From assembly GCA_965205265.1 (NCBI GenBank), contig CBDBGH010000003.1:2336001-2400000 (forward strand): a DNA stretch of 64,000 nucleotides. Reading direction: 5' to 3'. The notes under the pieces were generated by a model that searched no databases, was not told the origin of the DNA, and was given only the letters and a program-made list of their open reading frames with translations. Positions 1-9,382 of the stretch are shown piece by piece (within the stretch, counting starts at the first letter, position 1; each line of letters begins with the position of its first letter). Made by a program: the position numbers and the translations under genes. Source of the stretch: Alphaproteobacteria bacterium. GTDB taxonomy: Bacteria > Pseudomonadota > Alphaproteobacteria > Bin95.

Positions 1-180
1 GCGGCGGAAGCGGGCGTGGAGTTTGCGCCGCTTGTGGTGCGGGCTGAAGGGCGCGGCGGTGCCGAGGTGAGCGGCGCGCGTGTGGAAGTGGTCCTGGACC
101 GGGTTACGGTCCGTCTGGACGCGGCGGTGCCGGCGGTCCGGCTGGCGGAGATCGTCTCTGCGCTGAACGCGTCGTCATGA
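1..180 (+). CDS. tnpA: IS66 TnpA (Orf1, HTH), 3' part
   Basis: Near-identical to the C-terminus of the full copies at 2841-3245 and 55254-55676; ATGA overlap with tnpB. Confidence 0.9.
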   Translation, partial: AAEAGVEFAPLVVRAEGRGGAEVSGARVEVVLDRVTVRLDAAVPAVRLAEIVSALNASS

Positions 181-530
181 TCTTCCCCTCGAACCGGGTG
201 CGGATCATGGTCGCGACGAAGCCCGTCGACTTCAGGAAGCAGCACGACGGTCTTGTGGCCTATGTGAAGAGCGCGCTGCGCCGTGACCCGTTCACGGGCA
301 CGGTGTTCGTGTTCCGGGCGAAGCGCAGCGACAGGCTGAAGCTGATCTACTGGGACGGGACCGGCCTGGTCATGGTCTACAAGCGCCTGGAGGAGCAAGG
401 CTTTGTGTGGCCGGCGATCCGGGACGGGGCGATGACGTTGAACCATGCGCAGTTCGAGGCCTTGTTCGCGGGCCTGGACTGGCGTCGCGTGCGGGCGCTG
501 TCGGTCAGGGCGCCGGCCGAGGCGGAATGA
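177..530 (+). CDS. tnpB: IS66 accessory protein TnpB (Orf2)
   Basis: Motifs PVDFRK..DGL, VFVFR, LKLIYWDGTG, KRLE. Confidence 0.95.
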   Translation: MIFPSNRVRIMVATKPVDFRKQHDGLVAYVKSALRRDPFTGTVFVFRAKRSDRLKLIYWDGTGLVMVYKRLEEQGFVWPAIRDGAMTLNHAQFEALFAGLDWRRVRALSVRAPAEAE

Positions 531-585
531 CTCACCGCACGGATCGCGGCCTGCGGCTCCGCGACACTGTGCTATCGGGTGAGCC

Positions 586-2226
586 ATGGCTGCGCTTGCG
601 GAGATGGACCTCGACACGCTGACGCCCGAACAGGCGGCGGCCGCGAGGCAGGCGCTTGCGGCGCTGGAGACGCTGCGTGCCGAGAACGAGACGCTGGCGG
701 AAGAGAAGGCCTGTCTGGCGGGTGAGAACGAGGCGCAGGCCGAACGCATCCGCCGTCTGGAACATCTGAACCTGGAACTGATCCGGCTTCTGTATGGCAA
801 GAGGTCGGAGAAGCTGTCGGCGGACGAACGCCAGCTGGCGTTCGAGGAGCTTGAGGGCGCGTCTGCGGAGGTGGAGGCCGCGGCGCCGCCGGAAGACCCG
901 TCGCCGGCGCGCTCGGCGAAGCGGCCTCGTCCGGCGCGCAATCTCGGCCATTTGCCGGAACACCTGCCCCGGATCGAGCAGGTGATCGAGCCGGAGAGCA
1001 CGCTCTGCCCCTGCGGCTGCGGGGAGATGGTGCGGATCGGGGAAGATCGCGCCGAGAGGCTCGACATCGTGCCGGCGCAGTTGCGGGTGATCGTCACCGT
1101 GCGCCCGAAATACGCCTGCCGGACCTGCGAGGGAGGCGTCACCCAGGCGCCGGCGCCGGCCCGGCTGATCGAGGGCGCGCTGCCGACTGAAGGCGCCATC
1201 GCCCATGTTCTGATCTCGAAATACGCTGACCACACCCCGCTCTATCGTCAGAGCCGGATCTACGCCCGCTCGGGGCTGGAGCTGGACCGCTCGATCCTAG
1301 CCGGCTGGGTCGGCAAGGCGGCGTTCCACCTCGGGCCCGTGTATGACCGCCTGAAGGCGGCGCTGAAGACGTCGAACAATCTGGGTCTGGACGAGACCAC
1401 GGTTCGGGTTCTCGACCCGGGCCGGGGCAAGACGAAGACCGGCTATCTGTGGACGATGGCGCGCGACGAGCGGGCCTGGTCCGGGGCGGACCCGCCGGGC
1501 GTGGCGTATGAGTATGCGCCCGGGCGTAGCGGCAAGCATGGCGAGAGGCTTCTCGAGGGCTTCAGGGGAACGGTGCAGATCGACGGCTACTCCGGCCACA
1601 ACCGACTGGCTCGGCCGAACCGGGCGGGCGGGGCGCTGACGCGGGCTGCCTGTTGGGTCCATGCCAGGCGGGGCCCCAAGGAGGTGTTCGACAGTAGCGG
1701 CTCGCCGATCGCGAAAGAGGCTCTGAGGCGGATCGCGCAACTCTACGCGATCGAGGACAGGATCCGGGGTGAGCCGCCGGCGACGCGCCAGTTTGTCCGC
1801 TGGACCGAGGCCGCGCCGCTGGTGAACGCCTTCGGGGTGTGGCTCGACGAGCAACGCTCGCGCGTCTCGCCCAAGTCCCGGCTCGGTGAGAAGCTGTCCT
1901 ATATCGCCAACCACTGGGAGAGGTTGCTGGTGTTCCTCTATGACGGCGCGTCGAGATGGACAGCAACTTCGTCGAAAACCGCATCCGGCCGCAGAAGCTC
2001 ACCGCGAAAAACGCCCTGTTCGCCGGCCACGATGAGGGCGCGCGCTCATGGGGCCGCGTCGGTAGCCTGATCGAGACCTGCAAGATGAACGGCGTTGAGC
2101 CCTACGCCTGGCTCAAGGACACGCTGGAGAAAATCGCCGGAGCCTGCCCCTGCGAAGGCGGGGGGCCACCCCAACAGCCGCATCGACGACCTACTTCCCT
2201 GGAACTTCATCCCGCCGTCAAGCTGA
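586..2226 (+). pseudogene. tnpC: IS66 transposase TnpC, frameshifted
   Basis: Leucine zipper, CPCGC/CxxC Zn finger, DETT and ACWVHARR motifs. 1-bp loss near 1947 (GACGGCGCGTC versus GACGGGCGCGTC in copy 3) plus a 22-nt insert at 2142-2163. Confidence 0.9.
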
Positions 2227-2365
2227 AAGCCCGGTGCCTCTCCCGCACCGCTTACGCGAAATCGGCCGGCAAGGGCAATGGATTCGACCGCGGTAAGCGG
2301 GACGAGCGGGGCACCTTCCAGGTTCGGTTCTGATTTGAGATTCACGCCTGCGAGTTGGGCAGGAG

Positions 2366-2767
2366 GTGAGTTTCACATTGTTGGGCTCAGTTGAGACACA
2401 CAGGACGGTAGAAGTGCTTCCGGCGCGTGGCGGTCGTCGTCGCTGGCCGGACGAAGTGAAGGCTCGGATTGTTGCGGAGACGCTGGAGCCTGGGGCGACG
2501 GTTCGCGCCGTTGCGCGGCGATACGATATTCATTCGAACCAGGTGACGGGGTGGCGGCGCCTGGCGCGGGATGGGCGTCTGGTATTGCCCGCGGCGGAGG
2601 CGGGCGTGGAGTTTGCACCGCTTGTGGTTCGGGCTGAAGGGCGCGGCGCTGCCGAGGCAAGCGGTGCGCGTGTGGAAGTGGTCCTGGACCGGGTTACGGT
2701 CCGTCTGGACGCGGCGGTGCCGGCGGTCCGGCTGGCGGAGATCGTCTCTGCGCTGAATGCGTCGTCA
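2366..2767 (+). pseudogene. tnpA: Duplicated IS66 tnpA, cut at its stop codon by a second IS66 left end
   Basis: 2293-2767 repeats almost exactly at 2768-3242; new GTAAGCGG terminus at 2768. Confidence 0.85.
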
Positions 2768-2840
2768 GTAAGCGGGGCGAGCGGGGCACCTTCCAGGTTC
2801 GGTTCTGATTTGAGATTCACGCCTGCGAGTTGGGCAGGAG

Positions 2841-3245
2841 GTGAGTTTCACATTGTTGGGCTCAGTTGAGACACACAGGACGGTTGAAGTGCTTCCGGCG
2901 CGTGGCGGTCGTCGTCGCTGGCCGGACGAAGTGAAGGCTCGGATTGTTGCGGAGACGCTGGAGCCTGGGGCGACGGTTCGCGCCGTTGCGCGGCGATACG
3001 ATATTCATTCGAACCAGGTGACGGGGTGGCGGCGCCTGGCGCGGGATGGGCGTCTGGTATTGCCCGCGGCGGAGGCGGGCGTGGAGTTTGCACCGCTTGT
3101 GGTTCGGGCTGAAGGGCGCGGCGCTGCCGAGGCAAGCGGTGCGCGTGTGGAAGTGGTCCTGGACCGGGTTACGGTCCGTCTGGACGCGGCGGTGCCGGCG
3201 GTCCGGCTGGCGGAGATCGTCTCTGCGCTGAATGCGTCGTCATGA
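2841..3245 (+). CDS. tnpA: IS66 TnpA (Orf1)
   Basis: RRRWPDEVKARIVAETLEPGATVRAVARRY HTH_Tnp_1-type motif. Confidence 0.93.
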   Translation: MSFTLLGSVETHRTVEVLPARGGRRRWPDEVKARIVAETLEPGATVRAVARRYDIHSNQVTGWRRLARDGRLVLPAAEAGVEFAPLVVRAEGRGAAEASGARVEVVLDRVTVRLDAAVPAVRLAEIVSALNASS

Positions 3246-3595
3246 TCTTCCCCTCGAACCGGGTGCGGATCATGGTCGCGACGAAGCCCGTCGACTTCCG
3301 CCGCCAACACGACGGCCTTGTGGCTTATGTGAAGAGCGCGCTGCGCCGTGACCCGTTCACGGGCACGGTGTTCGTGTTCCGGGCGAAGCGGGCCGACCGT
3401 CTGAAGCTGATCTACTGGGACGGGACAGGTCTGGTCATGGTCTACAAGCGCCTGGAGGAGCAGGGCTTTGTGTGGCCGGCGATCCGCGACGGGGCGATGA
3501 CGCTGAACCATGCGCAGTTCGAGGCCTTATTCGCCGGCCTAGACTGGCGTCGCGTGCGGGCGCTGTCGGTCCGGGCGCCGGCTGAGGCGGAATGA
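3242..3595 (+). CDS. tnpB: IS66 TnpB (Orf2)
   Basis: Near-identical to 177-530. Confidence 0.95.
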   Translation: MIFPSNRVRIMVATKPVDFRRQHDGLVAYVKSALRRDPFTGTVFVFRAKRADRLKLIYWDGTGLVMVYKRLEEQGFVWPAIRDGAMTLNHAQFEALFAGLDWRRVRALSVRAPAEAE

Positions 3596-3650
3596 CTCAC
3601 CGCACGGATCGCGGCCTCCGGCTCCGCAACACTGTGCTATCGGGTGAGCC

Positions 3651-4226
3651 ATGGCTGCGCTTGCGGAGATGGACCTCGACACGCTGACGCCCGAACAGGC
3701 GGTGGCGGCGAGGCAGGCGCTTGCGGCGCTGGAGACGCTGCGCGCCGAGAACGAGACGCTGGCGGAAGAGAAGGCCTGTCTGGCGGGTGAGAACGAGGCG
3801 CAGGCCGACCGCATCCGCCGTCTGGAGCATCTGAACCTGGAACTGCTCCGCCTTTTGTATGGCAAGAGGTCGGAGAAGCTGTCGGCGGACGAGCGCCAGC
3901 TGGCGTTCGAGGAGCTTGAGGGCGCGTCTGCGGAGGTGGAGGCCGCGGCGGCGCCGGAAGATCCGACGCCGGCCCGCTCGCAGAAGCGTCCTCGCCCGGC
4001 GCGCAATATCGGCCACTTGCCGGAGCATCTGGAGCGCATCGAGCAGGTGATCAAGCCGGAAAGCACGCTCTGCCCCTGCGGCTGCGGAGAGATGGTGCGG
4101 ATCGGCGAGGATCGCACGGAGCGGCTCGACATCGTGCCGGCGCAGTTGCGGGTGATCGTCACCGTGCGCCCGAAATACGCCTGCCGCATATGCGAGGAGG
4201 GCGTCACCCAGGCGCCGGCGCCGGCC
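3651..4226 (+). pseudogene. tnpC: IS66 TnpC, 5' part, interrupted by IS21
   Basis: Homologous to 586-1160; similarity stops at ...QAPAPA. Confidence 0.92.
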
Positions 4227-4322
4227 TGTCGGTGATTATCATAAAGGGCGCATATTTGCTGGCGTAGCGCGCTTTTGTGGTGCGCACGACAAACAGCGTG
4301 AGACAGGCGCGGCCGGGTTTAT

Positions 4323-4379
4323 GACGGGGGCCGAGGACGGAAGGAGGGCGTAGCCCGACCGGAGTCCTCGGCCCCCGTC
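4323..4379. promoter_or_regulatory. Conserved stem-loop near the IS21 left end
   Basis: Perfect 16-bp stem GACGGGGGCCGAGGAC/GTCCTCGGCCCCCGTC around GGAAGGAGGGCGTAGCCCGACCGGA. Confidence 0.7.
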
Positions 4380-4608
4380 GCGTTGAGATTTTCGCCTCCC
4401 GGAGGGCGGCGACGTCCTGGCGACCGGGTTGGCCGTTCCCGGGCTGCGGCAGGGGGTAGACTGGGGCTTCTGAGAACGATGCGGCGCCGGCCCCGTTGGC
4501 TTGGTGGCAACGACCGGCGCCGCACCCCCCGAGCCATGCAAGGCGCGGCCCGGAAGCGCAGTATCGTGCGCGTCCGGGCGTGGGTCCACCCCGTTCTCAT
4601 CGGTCGCG

Positions 4609-5043
4609 ATGAGGAACGCCGCCCGCCTGTTCACCTGCGCCCTGTGCCGCCGCCAGGTGGTTCTCTGCCGGCGCTGCGACTCTGGCCATATCTACTGTTC
4701 GCCGCGTTGCAGCGGGCGGGCGCGGCGTCGGTCGGTGCGCCTTGCGGGGCAGCGCTACCAGAACAGCCGCCGGGGCCGTCACAAGCATGCCGAGCGCCAG
4801 CGGCGCTACCGCGAACGGCGCCGTGTGCGGCAGCCGGCAGTTCGGGCCATCGCGCAGAAAGTGACGCATCACCCTTTGACCGTCGCGCGCCGGCGTCCTG
4901 ATGTGGCGCGCATACCGGCGGGGCGGTCCGGAACCCGGCCCTTCGGGCCCGACCGTCCCGCCCGGGTGTTCCGCTGCGAGCGCTGCGGTCGGTTCTGCGG
5001 CCTGGCGGTCTATCCGGGCCTGCGCCAGGCGCGAAGGGAGTGA
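4609..5043 (+). CDS. Cys-rich basic protein (putative Zn finger) upstream of istA
   Basis: CALC-x6-CRRC-x6-CSPRC, then an Arg-rich helix and CERCGRFC; stop codon 1 nt before the istA ATG. Confidence 0.7.
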   Translation: MRNAARLFTCALCRRQVVLCRRCDSGHIYCSPRCSGRARRRSVRLAGQRYQNSRRGRHKHAERQRRYRERRRVRQPAVRAIAQKVTHHPLTVARRRPDVARIPAGRSGTRPFGPDRPARVFRCERCGRFCGLAVYPGLRQARRE

Positions 5044-5044
5044 G

Positions 5045-6550
5045 ATGGCGATCGACAAGCAGACCCGTGCCGAGATCCAGCGGCTGTATTTTGCCGAGAA
5101 GTGGAGGATCGGCACGATCGCGCGCCAGCTCGGCGTCCACCACGGCACGGTCGAGCGCGCGGTAGCGGCCGCCGGGGCGCCCGCGCGTGAGAGGCGGCGC
5201 AGGGCTTCGATGATCGATCCGTTCCGGCCCTTCATCCGCCAGACCCTGGCGGTCTGGCCCAGGCTGCCAGCCAGCCGGCTCTACCAGATGGCGGTCGAGC
5301 GCGGCTACCGGGGCAGCCAGAGCCACTTCCGGCGCATGATCGCGCCGGAGCGCCCGCGGCCTGTGGCCGAGGCCTATCTGCGCCTCAAGACCCTGCCCGG
5401 CGAGCTGGCCCAGGTGGACTGGGCCCACTTCGGCAAGGTGAGGATCGGGCGCGCGGAGCGCCCGCTGATGGGCTTCGTGATGGTGCTGAGCTACTCGCGC
5501 CGCATCTTCCTGCACTTCTACCTCAATGCCGCGATGGACAACTTCCTGCGCGGCCATGTCGAGGCCTTCGAGGCCTGGCAGGGCGTGCCCCGCGAGCTAT
5601 GGTACGACAACCTGAAGAGCGTCGTGCTGGAGCGCCAGGGCGACGCCATCCGGTTCAACCCCCGGCTCCTCGACTTCGCCGCCCGCTACCGCTTCCTGCC
5701 CAAGCCGGTCGCGGTCGCGCGCGGCAACGAGAAGGGGCGCGTGGAGCGCGCCATACGCTATGTGCGCGACAACTTCTTCGCCGCCCGCGCCTGGCGCGAC
5801 CTCGACGACCTGAACGCCCGGGCCCGCGCCTGGTGCGACGGCGTCGCCGCCGACCGTCGCTGGCCGGACGACCGCTCCCTCACCGTGCGCGAGGCCTTCG
5901 AGCGCGAGCGCGGCTCCCTGATGGCGCTGCCCGACGACCGGCCCCCCGTCGACGAGAGGGTCGAGGTCAGGATCGGCAAGACCCCCTACGCCAGGTTCGA
6001 CCTCAATGACTATAGCGTCCCGCATACCCATACGCGGCGCACCCTCACCGTGGTCGCGACACTGGAGGAGGTACGCATCCTCGACGGCGCCGACACCGTC
6101 GCCCGTCATCCGCGCAGCTTCGACAAGGCGGCCCGCATCGAGACCCCCGAGCACATCGAGGAGCTGGTCAGGCTCAAACGTCACGCCCACCGCCTGCGCG
6201 GGCAGAGCCGCCTTCTCCAGGCCGCCCCCGACAGCGAGCGCCTGCTTGCCGAGACCGCCAGGCGCGGCGGCAATATCGGCACAACCGTCGCCTCCCTGCT
6301 GCGCCTGCTCGACGACTACGGAGCCGTCGAACTCGAAGCCGCCATCGATGAAGCCCTTGAGCGCGGCGTCCCCCATCCCAATGCGGTGCGCTTCAGCCTG
6401 AACCGGCGGCGCGAACAGCGCAACGAGCCACCACCCATCCCCATCGACCTGCCCGGCGATCCAAGACTGCGCGATATCGCGGTCCGCGATCACGACCTCG
6501 GCGGATACGACGGGCTCGCAAGCCACCACGAGGAGGACAGCGAAGAATGA
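5045..6550 (+). CDS. istA: IS21 transposase IstA
   Basis: N-terminal HTH; PGELAQVDW, YDNLKS and EKGRVER DDE motifs. Confidence 0.95.
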   Translation: MAIDKQTRAEIQRLYFAEKWRIGTIARQLGVHHGTVERAVAAAGAPARERRRRASMIDPFRPFIRQTLAVWPRLPASRLYQMAVERGYRGSQSHFRRMIAPERPRPVAEAYLRLKTLPGELAQVDWAHFGKVRIGRAERPLMGFVMVLSYSRRIFLHFYLNAAMDNFLRGHVEAFEAWQGVPRELWYDNLKSVVLERQGDAIRFNPRLLDFAARYRFLPKPVAVARGNEKGRVERAIRYVRDNFFAARAWRDLDDLNARARAWCDGVAADRRWPDDRSLTVREAFERERGSLMALPDDRPPVDERVEVRIGKTPYARFDLNDYSVPHTHTRRTLTVVATLEEVRILDGADTVARHPRSFDKAARIETPEHIEELVRLKRHAHRLRGQSRLLQAAPDSERLLAETARRGGNIGTTVASLLRLLDDYGAVELEAAIDEALERGVPHPNAVRFSLNRRREQRNEPPPIPIDLPGDPRLRDIAVRDHDLGGYDGLASHHEEDSEE

Positions 6551-7332
6551 CCCTCAAGGACCGCGCCACGGCGCTCGGACTGCACGGCCTCCTCGCCCAC
6601 TGGAGCGAGGTTGCGGAGCGCGACTGGCTCCCGCCCCTGATCGCATGGGAAGAGGAAGAGAGGCGAAGCCGAAGCCTCAGGCGACGCCTCACCGCCGCCC
6701 GCCTCGGACAGTTCAAGCCGCTCGCCGACTTCGACTGGGACTGGCCAAGGCGATGCGACCGCATGGCCGTCGAGGACCTCATGACCCTCAACTTCCTCCG
6801 CGAGGGCGCCAATGTCGTCCTCATCGGCCCCAACGGCGTCGGCAAGTCCACAATCGCCGCCAATATCGCACACCGCGCCGTCCTCGAAGGCCACACCGTG
6901 CGCTTCGCAACCGCCGCCAGCCTGCTCGGCGAGCTCGCCGCCATCGACTCCGACACAATGCTCCAGCGCAGGCTGCGCTTCTACGCCCGCCAGCACCTCC
7001 TGGTCATCGACGAAGTCGGATATCTCTCCTACTCCAACCGTCATGCCGACCTGCTGTTCAATATCGTCTCAAGCCGCAGCCAGCAGCGCTCCACCATCAT
7101 CACCACAAACCGCCCCTTCGCCGAGTGGAGCGAGGCCTTCCCCAACGCCGCCTGCCTCGTGGCCCTTGTCGACCGGCTCGTCCACAATGCCGAGATCCTC
7201 GCCATCGACGGCGACTCATACCGCCGCAAGGAGGCCGAGGAACGCCAGAAGCAGCGCAGCGCCGATCGCCGCCGGCGGCGATCGGCAAAAGGAGCGGGCA
7301 AGAGCACGGCGCAAGACACGGGGGATGCCTGA
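6547..7332 (+). CDS. istB: IS21 helper ATPase IstB
   Basis: Walker A GPNGVGKS, Walker [20 protein letters not shown]. Confidence 0.96.
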   Translation: MTLKDRATALGLHGLLAHWSEVAERDWLPPLIAWEEEERRSRSLRRRLTAARLGQFKPLADFDWDWPRRCDRMAVEDLMTLNFLREGANVVLIGPNGVGKSTIAANIAHRAVLEGHTVRFATAASLLGELAAIDSDTMLQRRLRFYARQHLLVIDEVGYLSYSNRHADLLFNIVSSRSQQRSTIITTNRPFAEWSEAFPNAACLVALVDRLVHNAEILAIDGDSYRRKEAEERQKQRSADRRRRRSAKGAGKSTAQDTGDA

Positions 7333-8218
7333 GCCAGCCGTGCAGCATCTGCATCCATGGGATCGCCGCCTGCGGGCCGAGGGGCTGCGAAGCTGCCCCC
7401 TCGAAGACGTGGTCCACGCCCTCGGCTATCGCCGCGATCCCGCCGATGCCGCGCGCTGGAGACGAGCCGGTTCGGTCCTCTCCATCAACCGCTTCATGTT
7501 CTACGACCATCTGCGCGGAGAGGGAGGCGCCGGGGCCATCCAGCTGGCGGTTCATGCGCTCGGATGCCCAACGACCGAAGCCCTCGACTTCCTCGCCCAA
7601 CTGCCGCGCCACTCACGGCTCCCGAACAGTCGCTGTGAGGCGGAGCCCTCGTGCCAGGACCCTCGCTGGCCGGCGCTGCGGCAATACCTCATCGAGCAGC
7701 GCGGCCTCGCCGACGCGCTCGTCGAGCTATGCCGAGGCCTCGGCCTGATCCGTGCCGACCGGCGCGGCAATCCCGTGTTCCTCCGCCGAAACGCCGCCAG
7801 CAAGGTGGTCGGCATAGAGACCCTCCCCGCAGCGCAGGAGCCGGCCGCAGACGGCGGCTTCTGGATGTCATGGGAGCCCGACTGGCCCGGCACCGTCATC
7901 CTCACCGGCAGCGCCCTCGACGCCCTGTCGATCCTCTCCCTCCACCTCGTCCCGGAAAAACGCAGCAAATGCGCCGTCGTCTCCACCGGCGCCATCACGG
8001 CCAGAATCCCCAAATGGGTCGAGGCCTGGAACCCGCGCCGTATCTTCTGTGCCTGGGACGCTACACGATACGGCGATCACGCCGCCCGCCGCATGCAAGA
8101 CAACGACACAAGAATCGTCCGAATGCGACCGGCCCTCGAAAACCAGGACTGGAACGACATGCTCATCCGTGACCGCGACGGCGAGCCGCTCGAAACCGAT
8201 GACCGCCCAATCAGATGA
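7325..8218 (+). CDS. DUF3991/Toprim-like (primase-fold) protein inside the IS21
   Basis: [44 protein letters not shown] motifs; overlaps the istB stop. Confidence 0.65.
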   Translation: MPEPAVQHLHPWDRRLRAEGLRSCPLEDVVHALGYRRDPADAARWRRAGSVLSINRFMFYDHLRGEGGAGAIQLAVHALGCPTTEALDFLAQLPRHSRLPNSRCEAEPSCQDPRWPALRQYLIEQRGLADALVELCRGLGLIRADRRGNPVFLRRNAASKVVGIETLPAAQEPAADGGFWMSWEPDWPGTVILTGSALDALSILSLHLVPEKRSKCAVVSTGAITARIPKWVEAWNPRRIFCAWDATRYGDHAARRMQDNDTRIVRMRPALENQDWNDMLIRDRDGEPLETDDRPIR

Positions 8219-8312
8219 ACGCAACACCTAACCCATGCGACGCTGCTCGCAAGCCGCACAAACCGGCCGTTCCGCGCCAGCAAATAAACGCCCTTCCTAA
8301 CCGTCGCTAACA

Positions 8313-9382
8313 CGGCCCGGCTGATCGAGGGCGCGCTGCCGACCGAAGGCGCCATCGCGCATGTCCTGATCTCGAAATACGCTGACCATACCCCTCTCTA
8401 CCGCCAGGCGACCGTCTACGCCCGCTCGGGGATGAAGCTGGACCGCTCGACCCTCGCCGGCTGGGTCGGCAAGGCGGCGTTCCACCTCGGACCGGTGTAT
8501 GAACGCCTGAAGGCGACGCTGAAGACGTCGAGCACTCTGGGTCTGGACGAGACCACGGTCCGGGTTCTCGACCCGGGCCGGGGCAAGACGAAGACCGGCT
8601 ACCTTTGGACGATGGTGCGCGACGAGCGGTCATGGTCCGGGGCGGACCCGCCGGGCGTGGTCTATGAGTATGCGCCCGGGCGTGGCGGCAAGCATGGCGA
8701 GAAGTTGCTTGATGGCTTCAGGGGAACGGTGCAGATCGACGGCTATGCCGGCCACAACCGGCTGGCCCGGCGGGACCGACCGGGCGGGGCGCTGACGCTG
8801 GCTTCATGTTGGGCCCATGCCAGGCGTGGCCCCAAGGAGGTGTTCGACAGTAGCGGCTCGCCGATCGCGAAAGAGGCTCTGAGGCGGATCGCGCAACTCT
8901 ACGCGATCGAGGACAGGATCCGGGGTGAGCCGCCGGCGACGCGCCAGTTTGTCCGCTGGACCGAGGCCGCGCCGCTGGTGAACGCCTTCGGGGTGTGGCT
9001 CGACGAGCAACGCTCGCGCGTCTCGCCCAAGTCCCGGCTCGGTGAGAAGCTGTCCTATATCGCCAACCACTGGGAGAGGTTGCTGGTGTTCCTCTATGAC
9101 GGCGCGTCGAGATGGACAGCAACTTCGTCGAAAACCGCATCCGGCCGCAGAAGCTCACCGCGAAAAACGCCCTGTTCGCCGGCCACGATGAGGGCGCGCG
9201 CTCATGGGGCCGCGTCGGTAGCCTGATCGAGACCTGCAAGATGAACGGCGTCGAGCCTTACGCCTGGCTCAAGGACACTCTGGAGAAAATCGCCGGAGCC
9301 TGCCCCTGCGAAGGCGGGGGGCCACCCAAACAGCCGCATCGACGAGCTTCTCCCCTGGAACTTCGTCCCGCCGTCAAGCTGA
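8313..9382 (+). pseudogene. tnpC: IS66 TnpC, 3' part, frameshifted
   Basis: Continues RLIEGALPTE...; same 1-bp loss and 22-nt insert as copy 1. Confidence 0.9.

Larger units (their letters stand above)
1..2255 (+). mobile_element. IS66-family element, copy 1 (left end lies outside the window)
   Basis: tnpA-tnpB-tnpC order; right terminus ...CGCACCGCTTAC ends at 2255 and matches the GTAAGCGG IS66 terminal repeat. Confidence 0.93.
4227..8312 (+). mobile_element. IS21-family element with two extra genes (4086 bp)
   Basis: TG...CA ends; imperfect inverted repeats share AAGGGCG..TATTTGCTGGCG; 5-bp target duplication CGGCC at 4222-4226 and 8313-8317; tnpC rejoins across it. Confidence 0.93.

Noticed and set aside
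177-530. TnpB as an RNA-guided nuclease
   Set aside because: This is the 117-aa IS66 Orf2 accessory protein, unrelated to IS200/IS605 TnpB; no RuvC motifs
1940-1960. Programmed frameshift in tnpC
   Set aside because: No slippery run, and copy 3 has the extra G and an open frame, so this is a simple deletion
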